Shown: in pieces, positions 27,364-39,716 of the stretch | Numbering within the stretch: the first letter of the stretch is position 1 | How the letters are laid out: each line of letters begins with the position of its first letter | Source of the DNA: Dimorphilus gyrociliatus | Lineage: Eukaryota; Animalia; Annelida | Direction: 5' to 3' | Assembly (NCBI GenBank): GCA_904063045.1 | Contig: CAJFCJ010000012.1 | Coordinates: 1,302,001 to 1,366,000, forward strand | Length of the DNA: 64,000 nucleotides | The notes under the pieces: model-generated | The model's database searches: none | What the model saw: only the letters and a program-made list of their open reading frames with translations | Told to the model about the DNA's origin: nothing | Program-made: the position numbers and the translations under genes

Positions 27364-30300
27364 ATGGCTGACCCTCTGAATGGATGGACCACCGATAGTT
27401 TTTCAGATTTAAGCTCTAATTTAAATGTTTCTTCTGACTTAGATGGTTCATTTAATCCAGAAATTGATGGTAAGTTATAGGTGAAAAAATGGTGTTTCAA
27501 CTTTAAAAGAAAATGAGGAAAATAGAGTGATTATTTGATGATTTCGAAATCAATATATTTCTCTGTTGTTTGTCTTAAGAAAATGAATGAACCATAGATA
27601 GCAAAGTGAATTTAGTGATGTCAAGTGTTTATATTAAATTGTTTAAATAAATCTGAATGAGTTTTATTAATTTTTATGCTAAAACATAACTTTTTAATGA
27701 CTATTAATCATTATTTCAGAACTCGTATCATTCTTAAGCGAACAAAGTGATTTAATTGATGATCCGTTCGTATCAGCAACTGGAGTCAAAGCAGAAAATG
27801 AGAAATTCTTACCAAGGACTAACATAAAAAGTGAAAATACTTCATTTACCCAAGCGACGTCACCTGGAGGGGTGAAAACTGAGAGTAATGATTTTGAAAA
27901 GCCCACTCTTTTGAAATTGTTAACTCAGAATCCTGAACCTAAACAACCTAATCAAGTAAATACGAGCACACTTGTTAATCTACTGCAAAATGGCAGTAGT
28001 GTCCTTCAACCGCAACCTCAACCACAACAAATTCAAGAGCAAATTCTGCAGGCTTTACAAGTTTTAATAAATAAAGAAGCCGAAAAAAAGCAGCATGAGG
28101 AACAACAAAAAGCATCTCTGTTGCAATCGCAACTGGCCCGCCATCTTGCGGCTGACTCACCGCAACCTACCACAGCTGCTCAAACAAGTTCTACCCAAAT
28201 TATAATAAAACAAGTGCCGGTAAGAAATTGTCCTATTAATTAATATGCTAACATACTTTCGAGAAAAACTAAACCTTAGCTGCTTTGTTGATTATCGCTT
28301 TCGTAGACTCAGGTTTCAACAATTAACCAAACGCCGCAAATTGTCTTAAATTCGGCGTCAACTGCTCAGACGGCGCCTCAAACAGCTAGCATTGTATCAA
28401 ATAACGCAATCAATCTTCAGCAATTGCAGCAGGTGACTAACAAAAAGCTTGTAGTAAATCATTGATTAAAACTTCGATTTCAAAAAAAATTCTAAACAAA
28501 TTTATAGATGCTATCGAAAACTCCTGTGGTCAAACAGGAAGCTCGCCCCAACGTTGTCTCTCTCAGCTCTAATGCGCCTACTAAGGTTACTAATTCAGGA
28601 TCGACTATAGTAACTACTTTACCCGTTCAAGTTGTTGACACAACTGCAAATGAAAAAGTAAGTAAACTAATTTATCCCACCTTCTTCCCCTTCAGTGCAA
28701 TAATAAGTATGTTTTACAAAAATTCTCAGTTGCCCATACACCGACTTCAAACATCTCACAAACCCGTATGTGTAAAAGGAGAGAAACGTACAGCGCATAA
28801 TGCTATTGAAAAACGTTATAGATTGTCGATCAATGACAAAATTCTAGAATTGAAAGACTTAGTCGCTGGATCGGAAGCGAAGGTTAGTAATTTGTAATCT
28901 TTAGACGGAGGAGTGTACTTTAGAGCCGATAAAATAGATAAGACTGTTCTAAAAATTTTACGTAATCGCGAGATAATTTTCACTAAAAAACGTTCAATCA
29001 ATTGTGATATTTAAGCATAAAGACCAGTTTTAAGTATTCTTGCGATATACTAACCAGAAGATAGCATAAATATACTAAAATTTGAAAATTGTTCTAGAAC
29101 GATTGCAAGGTATAAAAATTATGGCCTATTCAGTGTTAAAAGTCCGCTTGGACTCTTTTAGAATCAGACCGGTGCAACTTCGTGTATCGTTAAAGTTGTT
29201 ATCTTGTCGTTTTACTGCCAAGTTCTAAAGTGTCGCTAACTCAGTTGGCCAGTTATATGTTTGCGAGGTTGCCGTTTCAATTTGCATTTTGAACGTTGTC
29301 CATCTCTGATAACTTTGTTGAAGAACAACACTCGTGAACGTTTTATTTGAGTCATCTCACCGACGAATTAAATCATTCTAACAGCTTCACAAATCGGCTG
29401 TTCTACGGAAAGCTATTGATCACATAAGATGTTGCCATTCTCAAATCGAACGACTAAAGAAGGAAAATATGCAACTTCGTATGGCTACAGGCGGAACAAA
29501 TGTAAGAGATTTATTGAAGGAGACTGAAATGGATTTGACTCCCCCTCCATCCGATGCAAGCTCTCCTTCTTATTATCCGTCATCCGGAATCGACTCTGGA
29601 CCTGATAGTCCCATAAATCCCAACGAAGTTCACATGAAAAGCGAACCTTTGATAACCGGTATGCTAGACAGTTCTCGCCTGGTTCTCTGCGTTTTTATGC
29701 TAGCCATTATCGCTTTTAATCCTTTTGCTCCTTTTATTCAAACTCCAAAAAAATTTGGAACGGAATTTTCACCTGGCCATACTGGAGGAAAAACTTTAAA
29801 AGGAGCTGTAACAGATGGATGGTGGGATTGGATGTTCCCAACTTTATTAATGTGGTTTGTAAATGGTGTCGTTCTATCAGGCTTCCTTTTACATCTTTTT
29901 ATATTTGGCGAACCTGTATCTACACCTGAATCTAACAGTGCCGCTTCCTATTTACGATTCAAGAAGCAAGCAGATTCTGATCTACGTAATGGTCGTTATA
30001 ACGATGCCTCATGGCAATTAAGAAAATCCTTGGCGGCTTTGGGTCGTCCGATACCTGTTTCGAAAATAGACCTGGCTTCATCTTTAATATGGCATATTTT
30101 TAGACAGTTTTTGCACCGATTGTATATTGGACGATGGCTCTCTACATCAACAGCGACCATGTTCCGCTCGCATATCAAGGAAGAAGACGTACAATCGAGC
30201 GCCAGAGATGCAGCCTACGCTTATCATGAACTCTTAAAATTGCATATTAGCGGAAGAGCAAAGTGCATAAATCAATCGGAGGCCTTTAATCTGGCATTTT

Positions 30301-31727
30301 GCGCAGTTAATATGGCTGAAACCGCAGGCTATAAAGTTGTTGGGGGAGAATTCCTAATTAGCGTCCATTTGAATGCATCCATCTGTTTTCAAAAGAGTAA
30401 TTGGGTAATATTAAGAAGCCACTTAAGCGTAAGTCATTAGTGTTTTAGTTTCAAATTTATCATTTTCTATCTTTCTTCCTTATTTAGAGCTACTTCCTCA
30501 ACCTGGCAAAGAAAGTGTTAATGAGAACTAAAAATCCACCAAAAAATCTTGAATGGTTCACGACCCCAGCAGGCTCTGAATTCTTTTACAGTGGTGAATG
30601 GAACTGTCAACATCACAATACTTTATACGCCTTATCCGAAAGAAATTGCACTAATCCTTTGTCCTATGTTACGCAATCATTCCGAGAGCACTTGGTCGAA
30701 AAATTATTAATAAATCTAATGAGTGGACAACCTCTAGACGAACTCGACACTTTGATCGCAAGTGCCAAAGATGCCGGATTGAAAGAATGCTTTTTGTTGA
30801 AGAACTCTGATGGTGGAGACTTTGTTTCTCTTTGGTGGGGAAGCTTCTTCAAAGTTATTTCAAGTTGGAAACAAGGAAAGAAAGCAAATGAAGAAGACAT
30901 TTCGATTGTTGAAGAACTACCATATCCGTTGTTAACTACACCTGTTCGCGCTTTACATTACATTTTTGAAGCAAATCGCATACTACATACGCCATCAGGT
31001 AGTTGGTTCAAGGTTCTCTCGAAATGCGAAAGTGCAAGTCGTCTGCTATCGTGTGATCATGGAAATCAAGTTAGCAAGTTTAATTTGTTACAACAATCAT
31101 TTTAAATCGATAAGTTCATATCGCATTGTGAGTGTGCATTGTAGTTGCATTGCATTGTTTGAAATTATAGGTGCAATGTTCCTGCAATGCGATGCCCAAG
31201 ATGCGTTTTTATTCACAATTATTATCGAATTTACGTAAATTCTGGTGCAATTGTACCAGTTACATTCAATTGTTAAATTTAAATTATCCTCTATTTATAT
31301 GATCTTTATTATTCAGATTGTTACAACGGTGGCATATGATTGGTTGATAAGCACTAAGCTTATGGCCATTGAAATAGAATTGGGTGACTCCGAATCAGTT
31401 CATCCAGAGGATATATTTTCTTTGGAAAAAAATATTTATTCATTGCGCAATCACAATAAAATCACCAAATTTGTATCCAAAAAAATTAATGTATACGAGT
31501 GCGCACTGAGAATTTTGTCGAGGGTTAATCCATCAGTCACTCAAAAAATGTTAAAGCAGTTGAATCGCTATGATTTACCAGCTGGAGAGTACGCACAGTT
31601 GATGATACTTGCTGCTAAGGGAATCCAAAGGGAAGCTCAATGGCCATTCGTTGAAAAAGTACGTTCGGCATTGGACAAGAACGGAAGGGAGAATACCATA
31701 AATATGTTGATTTCTGACTATAATTAA
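27364..31727 (+). CDS. SREBF: Sterol regulatory element-binding protein
   Basis: First exon MADPLNGW...PEID| spliced to ELVSFL. b[30 protein letters not shown]|[12 protein letters not shown] carries the diagnostic Tyr. DSSR, TM1 with FNP (S2P), lumenal KTLK (fits the S1P consensus), TM2 and the C-terminal regulatory domain follow. Confidence 0.96.
31130..31195 (+). ncRNA. mir-33: pre-miR-33 in the last SREBP intron
   Basis: GTGCATTGTAGTTGCATTGCA at 31134-31154 is the mature miR-33-5p sequence; complementary arm TGCAATGTTCCTGCAATGCG at 31172-31191; lies in intron about 31069-31297. Confidence 0.95.
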
Positions 31728-31813
31728 TCACTAATGTCCCGTATTATACTTTGTACATAACACTTATTTAGAAAGAGATGTTGTTTTCCTATATTATCAA
31801 AAATATATTTGAT

Positions 31814-33386
31814 TTATGTTCTATTAAAATCAAGATTTGTTGGTGTAATTAAAAAGTAATTAGGAAAAAATATCAGCCCTTCAAGCGAGTCGTCTCTGCA
31901 CAATTTTCCTTTCTTCTCTGCTTGTAACAATCTCTCTTTGGCTAAAACAATGCTAATTTTGAGTATACCAGCCAATTCCTCGGCGCTTAAACACTTCTTT
32001 TTAGATACAAAGTCATAAGTTTCTTCGATAAGATTTTCCTCCATCAATGAATGTAGTTTCAATACAATAACTCCAGACTCAAAAATTTCCATTCGAACAG
32101 GAAGTTTTAAGGCTTCCAACTGTTGACAGCCATTAATAAGATCTTCGGGAGACAATAGCTGTAACGATTTTATTTAGTCAGTTGTTCGTAAAACGATATA
32201 GCTCTAACCTCGATTCCTCTTGCTCTATTTATTCTACAGTAGGCATCCGTCATCGTCATTACACCTCCGCTCTCCTGTTAGGATAGCACGTGTATTCATA
32301 AATGAACAAGTAAAGTATTTTTATAATTTACCCTCAATGGCTTCTCAATTGCTTTTGAAACTTCTCTAGCCAGTTCTCTATAATATTTCAATCCTGTTCC
32401 ATGAGTTTCTCTAGTAACTGGATCACTTATACCTAATGACAAAAGGTATGACTTGAATCGGACTGTTTCATCTTCACTTATTTCACCCTTCTGATCCTTT
32501 ATCTTTCTCGAAATACTTTTAGATATTTCAACCATATCCTTAGCCTAAAAATGCAAATTTAATAAGCGTACATCTATGTGATCTATACTATTAATAATAC
32601 CTTTACTATTAGACCATCAAGATCTTGAAAAGCAGCAGAGATGGTTTTATCGGTCGCCGCCCGCTGCTTTTGCATGGAACGTTCAATACCACCAATTCCA
32701 ACAGCCTTTCCTTCCTTGATTAGGAAATGAACATATTTTTGAAAAATTTAACCCTATTTAAAATCGAAATATTTACTAAAATTGAAGATTTTTTTGGTTT
32801 TGCGACAACTTTCCATAATTTTCGTTGTAAAGTATCGTTCAAGCATCTATAAAACTGGATAAAATACATATAAATACATCTTTTATTGTAAAATTTATTA
32901 TATAATTACGTACATCAATTTGACCTCCGCTTTTAAATGAAAACTTGATGAAATTGTATTTGCTTGTAGCGGATGGACCTTGGGAATGACCAGACTCCGT
33001 TTCGCTTAAATGAAGAATGATTTTTGCGCTGTTATGATACGATTTATACATCAAAATTGTGTTTTGAATAGTATGATTATATACAATTTTTGTTCCATAC
33101 CTTTTCCCTAACCGGGATGACTCTTCTTCACAAAATACTATTTTAGATAGATGTAAAGCAATTACATAAGAAGGATTTTTGCTATCTCGCCATATTAACT
33201 GATGTGTAGTCAATAATAAGCGACCATTGTCAAACGAAGACTAAGGAAGTTTATATTTTTAAAATATATAATCATTAAATAACCAACTACCTTATCTTCC
33301 CCATCATAAATTCTGATAGCGGATTGTTGTGTCACTAACGTTTCATCTTGACCAAAAAAACCGTCAGACCATGTGAAACGATTCAT
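31814..33386 (-). CDS. VPS36: ESCRT-II subunit VPS36
   Basis: MNRFTWSDG...[17 protein letters not shown] (GLUE domain), [17 protein letters not shown], and [24 protein letters not shown]. Confidence 0.95.
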
Positions 33387-33712
33387 GTCTCGTCTTTATG
33401 TACTGTGGTACCTATCCTAATTTCGCTTTAATTCGCATTCGAGCGAAAAAGTGAATTAATGCATTATTTTCGTACTCACTATTTTAATTATCTCAATCTC
33501 ATAAATAAAAATACAATTCAATAAATAGTGTGGGAAAATATAGTAATTTTTAATACGAAACAGTCTTTGTTTACACCGGAAAAGGAAATAGTAAAATCCC
33601 AAAATTCAATGTCAGATAAGTAGTCGAGTTATAAGCAGGTCGGAAAATCACAAGTTTTTCCGACATCTAACGGAGTTTTAAACTGCCTAAGAAGTGTAGT
33701 CGTCTTTCTAAG

Positions 33713-35588
33713 ATGTCTACAAGTAATAGTTGCAGTATAGTTTCTTTTCTGAGAAAGAGGGAAGCTGGAAAACGATGCGTGAAACGACGCCTTGAAGAGC
33801 TTGCCGAAAGAAAGGCTACTCTTCCGAATCTCAATCTAGCTTGTGAAAGCTCATTGAAAACTAAGTCAACGTTTTTACTCGTGTTCAGTCACGATAAATT
33901 GCGTTTAGCATCAGCGCATGGCGATCATACAGTAAGAGTCACAGAAATAATGAGTGGAAAAACCACTCACGTTTTGAGTGGATTAGAAAGGACGCCTTGG
34001 ACTTTAGCCTTTCACCCATCGAACAGTGAGGTACTAGCAGGAGGATGCCTAGGCGGTGTGATTCATATCTGGTAAAGTATTCCTTTCTTTTGATTTACAC
34101 TAAAACGGCCCAATTATCTAACCAACTTTCCCTTCCCATCCTTGTAGGGACTTAAAGCAAAACGGTGCTGTTTGTGACGTATGGCACACGCCAGACTATG
34201 CAGTAGTATCATCCGTCGCATTCCATCCTAACGACACTATTCTAGTCATCGCAACTGGCCAGTATATTTACTTCTGGGATTATAGCAGTAGTAAAGAGCC
34301 GTTCGCGCGCATATCAACGCCTGCCAGTTCGTTGAGAGTTCGATGGCTAAAGTTTGATCCTTTTGGTCATTATCTATACACAGGAATAAATAATCCAGTA
34401 TTGACTCTCGCATCCGATAGCTCGGATGAAGAAGAAAACTTGATTGGTAGACGAGCAACTTTACAAAGAGCGAGACCTTATCGACTAGGAAGTCAAGCAG
34501 TAGCAGAACACAGTCGATCTCAGATGGCTCGAGATGAAAGACAAGTTGTTCGTGTTGTTAATGCAACCAGTACCGCCGAACATATTTCTCCACCGATTCC
34601 TTCTCAGAGAACAAACTCCGTAACATCTTCTTCCCAAGACACTCATCCCAGGGAATCAACTGCAACAGAAAACTTACATTTACATATCAGTGTCATTAAT
34701 GATATTTTTAATAGGAGAATTAATTCAAGTACTACTAATGATCCTAGTTCCAGTGATGAGGAGGAAGGGGATGTAATAAACAGTGTTGGTGAGAGGAGAA
34801 CTCCACATTTCCGACTTCTCGGACCTTTAAGTGATCGTTTTATGAATCAATCTCGATCAAGACATACTATTCAACTAAATGGACTTGATAGAATGCCACC
34901 ATCATTCTCAATGACGATGTGGCCTGAGCATAATGTGCAAATCTCAACGACAATAAGGGAAACAACGTATAGAATAGACCGATGGGATCTACGGAATTAT
35001 GTTCTTCCTGATATAGAAAAAATGGCCAAAAAGAAGCCTGTTTTTAGCAGGTGTAAATTGCATTTCGATGCCTCATTGTCCATGTCAGATGACGGTAGAC
35101 GGTTAGCATTGCTCGTCCCAGGCAATCGAGTTAGCAGCGATGAACAGTCTATAAACATAATTTCTCTTCGTGATCAAGATCTGGGATGTGTTCTCGTCCA
35201 CCAATCTGTATCTCCCAACGTTGTCAGTCTTTCGTTATCACCTCTCAGCAATTACATTGTGGTCGGCTTGAGTTCTAAGAGAATGCAATGGTTACCTCCT
35301 CCAAAACAACTTATTGCTCAAATATATAAAATTGAAAAGAATTCTTTAGAGCATGTTTGTGATATTTCCCATCCGTCGCATTCTCATCCACGGTTTTTAG
35401 TTAGTGTAAATGCCGTTTCGTGGCTCCCAGCTCCCGGTGATGGAATCGTCTATGGAACAAATAGAGGTCATTTGCATATATGTCGACCAGGATTAGATGA
35501 GCGGCATCCTCTAGAAGGGAGTTCAACCTCAGTTGGTGGCGCCCAACTAGTTCGTGTCCGGTTGTCAAAAGGAACCCAAACTGATTAG
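33713..35588 (+). CDS. AMBRA1: AMBRA1 homolog (WD40, DCAF)
   Basis: STFLLVFS..RLASAHGD, RTPWTLAFHP, GCLGG..IW|DL, SVAFHP, RVRWLKFDPFGHYLYTGI, TTYRIDRWD, LSLSPL...VVGL, SVNAVSWLPAPGDGIVYGTNRG; one intron about 34073-34148. Confidence 0.93.
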
Positions 35589-35927
35589 ACTGAAGAGTGT
35601 ATTTAAACATTCACCATTTATTTTGTTGGATAATGTTATAATTAATACAAATATTACTAAAACCCAAGGAGACTTTTCCTTTTTTGTTTAGGCCTAAAAG
35701 AGATAAATATAGTTTTACTTGACAAATAGTAATCTGTAAAAAATGTGATATTTGTTCTGTTAAGCCAACAGTAATTTTGTATCCAGTTTATATATTTAAG
35801 ACGTTAAAATTGAGCTTATTCTGAACAAGATTGCTTCAACTCAATGTTAACTCTCAATGTTATGTCAGTATAAATCATTATTATTGACCTTTGAAGCTGT
35901 TTGCAGTTATTTATCAGTTACTGAAAA

Positions 35928-37289
35928 ATGGATAAAAAACTACTGATTTCTCTTATTTTCGGAATTTTAGCCGTTATCGCTAGGGTAGCTTTTTTCGTTT
36001 TGACCCCACCATTTTTGGATTTCTTCAAGACGAATTCTTCGATATCGAATTCGACAAATTCCTCCCATCCCGGAACAGATACGAGATCAATAAGTGTTTT
36101 ATTTCTTATGATTGGCCAATGGGCTATGTGCCTGGTTTTTGCGGCTATCTGTGTAGCAATTCAATACTGCTTTGATCGTCAGACAGTTGTTGATAGCCAT
36201 AAAAATTACTCAAAGATTCGTTTTCTGTTTATTGGGTCAGCCCAAGGTATATCAACTGTGTTAGTTATCTACGCAGCAAGCGGCTCTCGAACTGCGCCGT
36301 ATCTTCAAGCAATTCTAGGAAATTTTACAATTCCGATTCAATTTACAATAAGATTTTTAATTTTACGTTTGAGACCCACCTGCAGGAAACTGAGTTGTGC
36401 AATTGTTGTTGTATTTGCAGAGCTTATTTGTCTTATTCCTACAATATTTCCTCAATTAGAGAATTCGACTGCTCATCAAGATGAAGGTGGAGCAACTGGA
36501 GCTGGAAGAATTTTATGGCCAATATGCTTTGTCTCGTCCCAGATTCCCTTCGCAATTGCGAACTCCATAATGGAGTCCAGTGTTAAATCCAATACCGCTG
36601 GAAGGCATGTTAGCTCCATGTTTTTTCTATTCTGGTTCTCTTTAGCCTGTTTATCTGTTATTCTTCTTACTTTCTGGTTTGATATAATTCCGGGTTTTGG
36701 AACATCTGACTCGATAAAGATCTTGGGAGAAAGACTGAACTTCAACTTTAAATGTATACTTGGATTAGATGGGTGTAAAACTCAAGTTGCTCTCCTTGGT
36801 TGGTTTAGTTTTGTTGCCAACACTGTTGGGTCGACATCATTTGTTTTCCTTCTGAGATACTCAGAAGGAGCAAACTTTATCATGATTCTATTAGTAAGTG
36901 GGAATTTTTGAAATTTGCGAAAACGATTAATCTTGATTAAACTATTTTAGTGTTTACGAACTCCACTGGCATTCATTTTCTGGACACTGTTTGAAGAGCC
37001 TCCTCTTCGTTGGGCCCCTCATACAAGCCTAAGTACTTGGCTAAGTATAGGAACCATTGTAGTCATGCTACCAGCCATATACATTTATAATACGGGGTAA
37101 GACCTTTATTATCTATATACAAATAATCTTATTCTCGTTTGCTTATCCAGACCACCGGAAATTTACAGTCCATCGAGAAAAAGAGATCAGGATGCTGAAC
37201 CCTTGCTTGACGATAGCCTAAGCGCTGATCAGAAAAATTTAGTAAATGATAGCCCAGCTACACAGAATGAAACAGATGTAATAACATAA
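35928..37289 (+). CDS. Chloroquine-resistance-transporter-like (CRT/CLT, DMT superfamily) multi-pass transporter
   Basis: About 10 hydrophobic segments and YAASGSRTAPYLQAILGNFTIPIQFTIRFLILR, typical of CRT-like proteins; exons about 35928-36893, 36950-37096, 37152-37289; acidic dileucine-like DAEPLL in the tail. Confidence 0.8.
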
Positions 37290-37574
37290 TCAATTTTGTT
37301 TGAATTTACTACTTTGGCTGTGAAAAAACTCCGTCTCAACGCTTTGTTTTCTTCCTCTAACTGTTTTGAGAGATACTAGCTTCAGAATAATGTCATTACT
37401 GGAAAACTTATTTGCTAGAATAAAAGGTTAAATAAAATATTTAAATCAAATTGTTACTTTAGACATTTCGCTGAAATTCTTTTGTTTTTTACTTTTTTAA
37501 TTACCTTTTTGAAAGAATTTCTATAAATATTATATTATTATAGAATTTCCTATTGTTTATCTTTGTATTCATGT

Positions 37575-39296
37575 TTAAGACTTAACAAAATTTGTTGAGC
37601 TAACAGTTTTTGTCTTCTTTGTGTATTCCACAGCATTATTTACGTGTTTAACTATCAGTCCAGGGCTATTACCAATTACGTCATTCGTTTTAACTGGAAC
37701 AAGTGTCGAGTTCCTATGACGTAGAGTCAATTTTTCTACGCATTTCTTTTGTATCTAAAGTAATATTTTAGATATAAGAGGATTATTTCAGATATTAATT
37801 AGTTAATGTAGAAAAAACCTTATGTAATTCCCCGTCAAAAGGTTCACCGTCTAGTAAAGTTACCATAATCTTGCTTGAAAAAGGTTTAATTTTGAACACA
37901 GAATCAATCTGATAAAAAGATGTGTGTATTAATTGCCGTTTGCATAAAAATGAATACTCACTTGACTCATTGAAGTATTAAAGTTAGCTATTTCATCAGA
38001 TCCCGAAGCTAAATGACGTGGTTGACATAAAAGATGTTTATATCTTCTTTCCATATCTATATTAGCCGGAATTTCTGGTAATTTTATCAAATTCAAAAGT
38101 AATCCTAATCTTGTTAACCCTGAAGCAGCAGATAACTGCTTCATTCTTTGTTTAAATAAAACTTTTGTAACCCAATAGTCATTCCAAGATTTTTCATTGA
38201 CCAACTCCTCGCTTAGAGGTGAAATTAATAACAGCGCCGCTACTTCCCTGAAAGGATTGTTCTTTCATTACATATTTACAAATAAAGTAATTTTTATACT
38301 AAACTCTTCAAACATTTGAGCATAAAATCTGGAAATGGAGGCCCCTAGACCAGCTCCTATTAAGTTAAGAAAAATCCTTATAATTTATACAAGTTTTTTT
38401 TCTTGCTTTGTACTTAACTAACTTCACATACCTACTAAAACAAAAGGCTTCGGTTGTTGACTACTTCCAGTTATAAGTTGATGTAAATCTAACGCCATTC
38501 TGGGAATTGCGAAATATTTATTGTTTTGAAATAAAAAAATATCTTTAAATGTTGTTTCCTCACCTTTCTACTGTAAATTGTTCATCTCTCTTCCATTCTT
38601 TTTTCTCATCGGTCATATTGATAGTCTATATTTAGAATTTTTATAATTAATGTCTATAATCTCCAGATTTATATTATTTTTATAAACCGAGTAAGGTCGC
38701 TCGCTAAATCCTAATCCTGCCCTATCGTACGAACAAACTGTGGTAACTTTTGAAATTTCCCTTTGTATACTGTGCCAAATATCACTAGATGTTGCTGCTG
38801 GAGCTTCTAATATAACTATATATAAATTTAAAAATTAATTACATTCAACAAAAGTATTGTAATAAATATTCTTATATTTCACCTGTTGGAGAACCTTTTC
38901 CTCTGCAGTAGAGATGCAACTTTTGGCCTCGCCCTATATCATACTGGATACCTTGAATAAATAAGTAAAAGAGTAAATAAGTGAACCATTAATTTTAGTT
39001 ATAATATAATTATTTTGTTTATCTACCTGGTAGCTTAACAAATCTAATTTCATGTTGTAGAGCGGCATAGTTAAGGAAGGGTGGAATAAGCAAAACAATA
39101 ATAATATATTTAAAAACTCTAAAGCAAGAGCCAAATACTGATACTTTTTTTTGTTGATTTGCTTTAGGCTGAAAAATTTGAAGGCGAAATGAGTTTACTA
39201 TTTAAAACATAGTCTTAACTATACTTTATTCTCAGTTTGTGTGTCAGCTGCATCTTTTTCATCGTTATTAGCTGTTTTACGTTTTCTGACTGGCAT
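37575..39296 (-). CDS. Membrane-anchored alpha/beta-hydrolase-fold protein, probably catalytically inactive
   Basis: Reconstructed MPVRKRK...|FKYIIIVLLIPPFLNYAALQHE...|GRGQKLHLYCRGKGSPT|VILEAP...VCSYDRAGLGFSE...|MALDLHQL...PFVLV|GAGLGAS; about 10 short exons. Confidence 0.82.
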
Positions 39297-39716
39297 AATG
39301 GGTTTTTTAAAAGTAACACAGAGAGCGATATTAAAGAATATTTTAGCGGCTCACAGGTGGCAGACGAAAGAGAGTTTATAGAGGATAATTTACTTGGATT
39401 AGAGCTTCATTTACGAGACCTGTGCAGCCACCTATGTGCAGTATATAAAAATTATTTATTTTGATTTATAGATTACAATAGCCTAAAAAATGACCTTGAA
39501 CATTTTTTACATCACAAGACATTTCAATCAATTTCCAATGGTTTGAGCAAGCTCTAGCGGAAAATTATGGGACTACAATAAACACTATAACACATTCGAT
39601 TCTCCACAGAGACACCTGACATTCCAAGGTGTTTTACAATACTACTCTAAAGGAGACATTCAATATTGAACTTTGACCAAATATTTCAATGCGTAGACGT
39701 TTGTATTAAATAGAAG

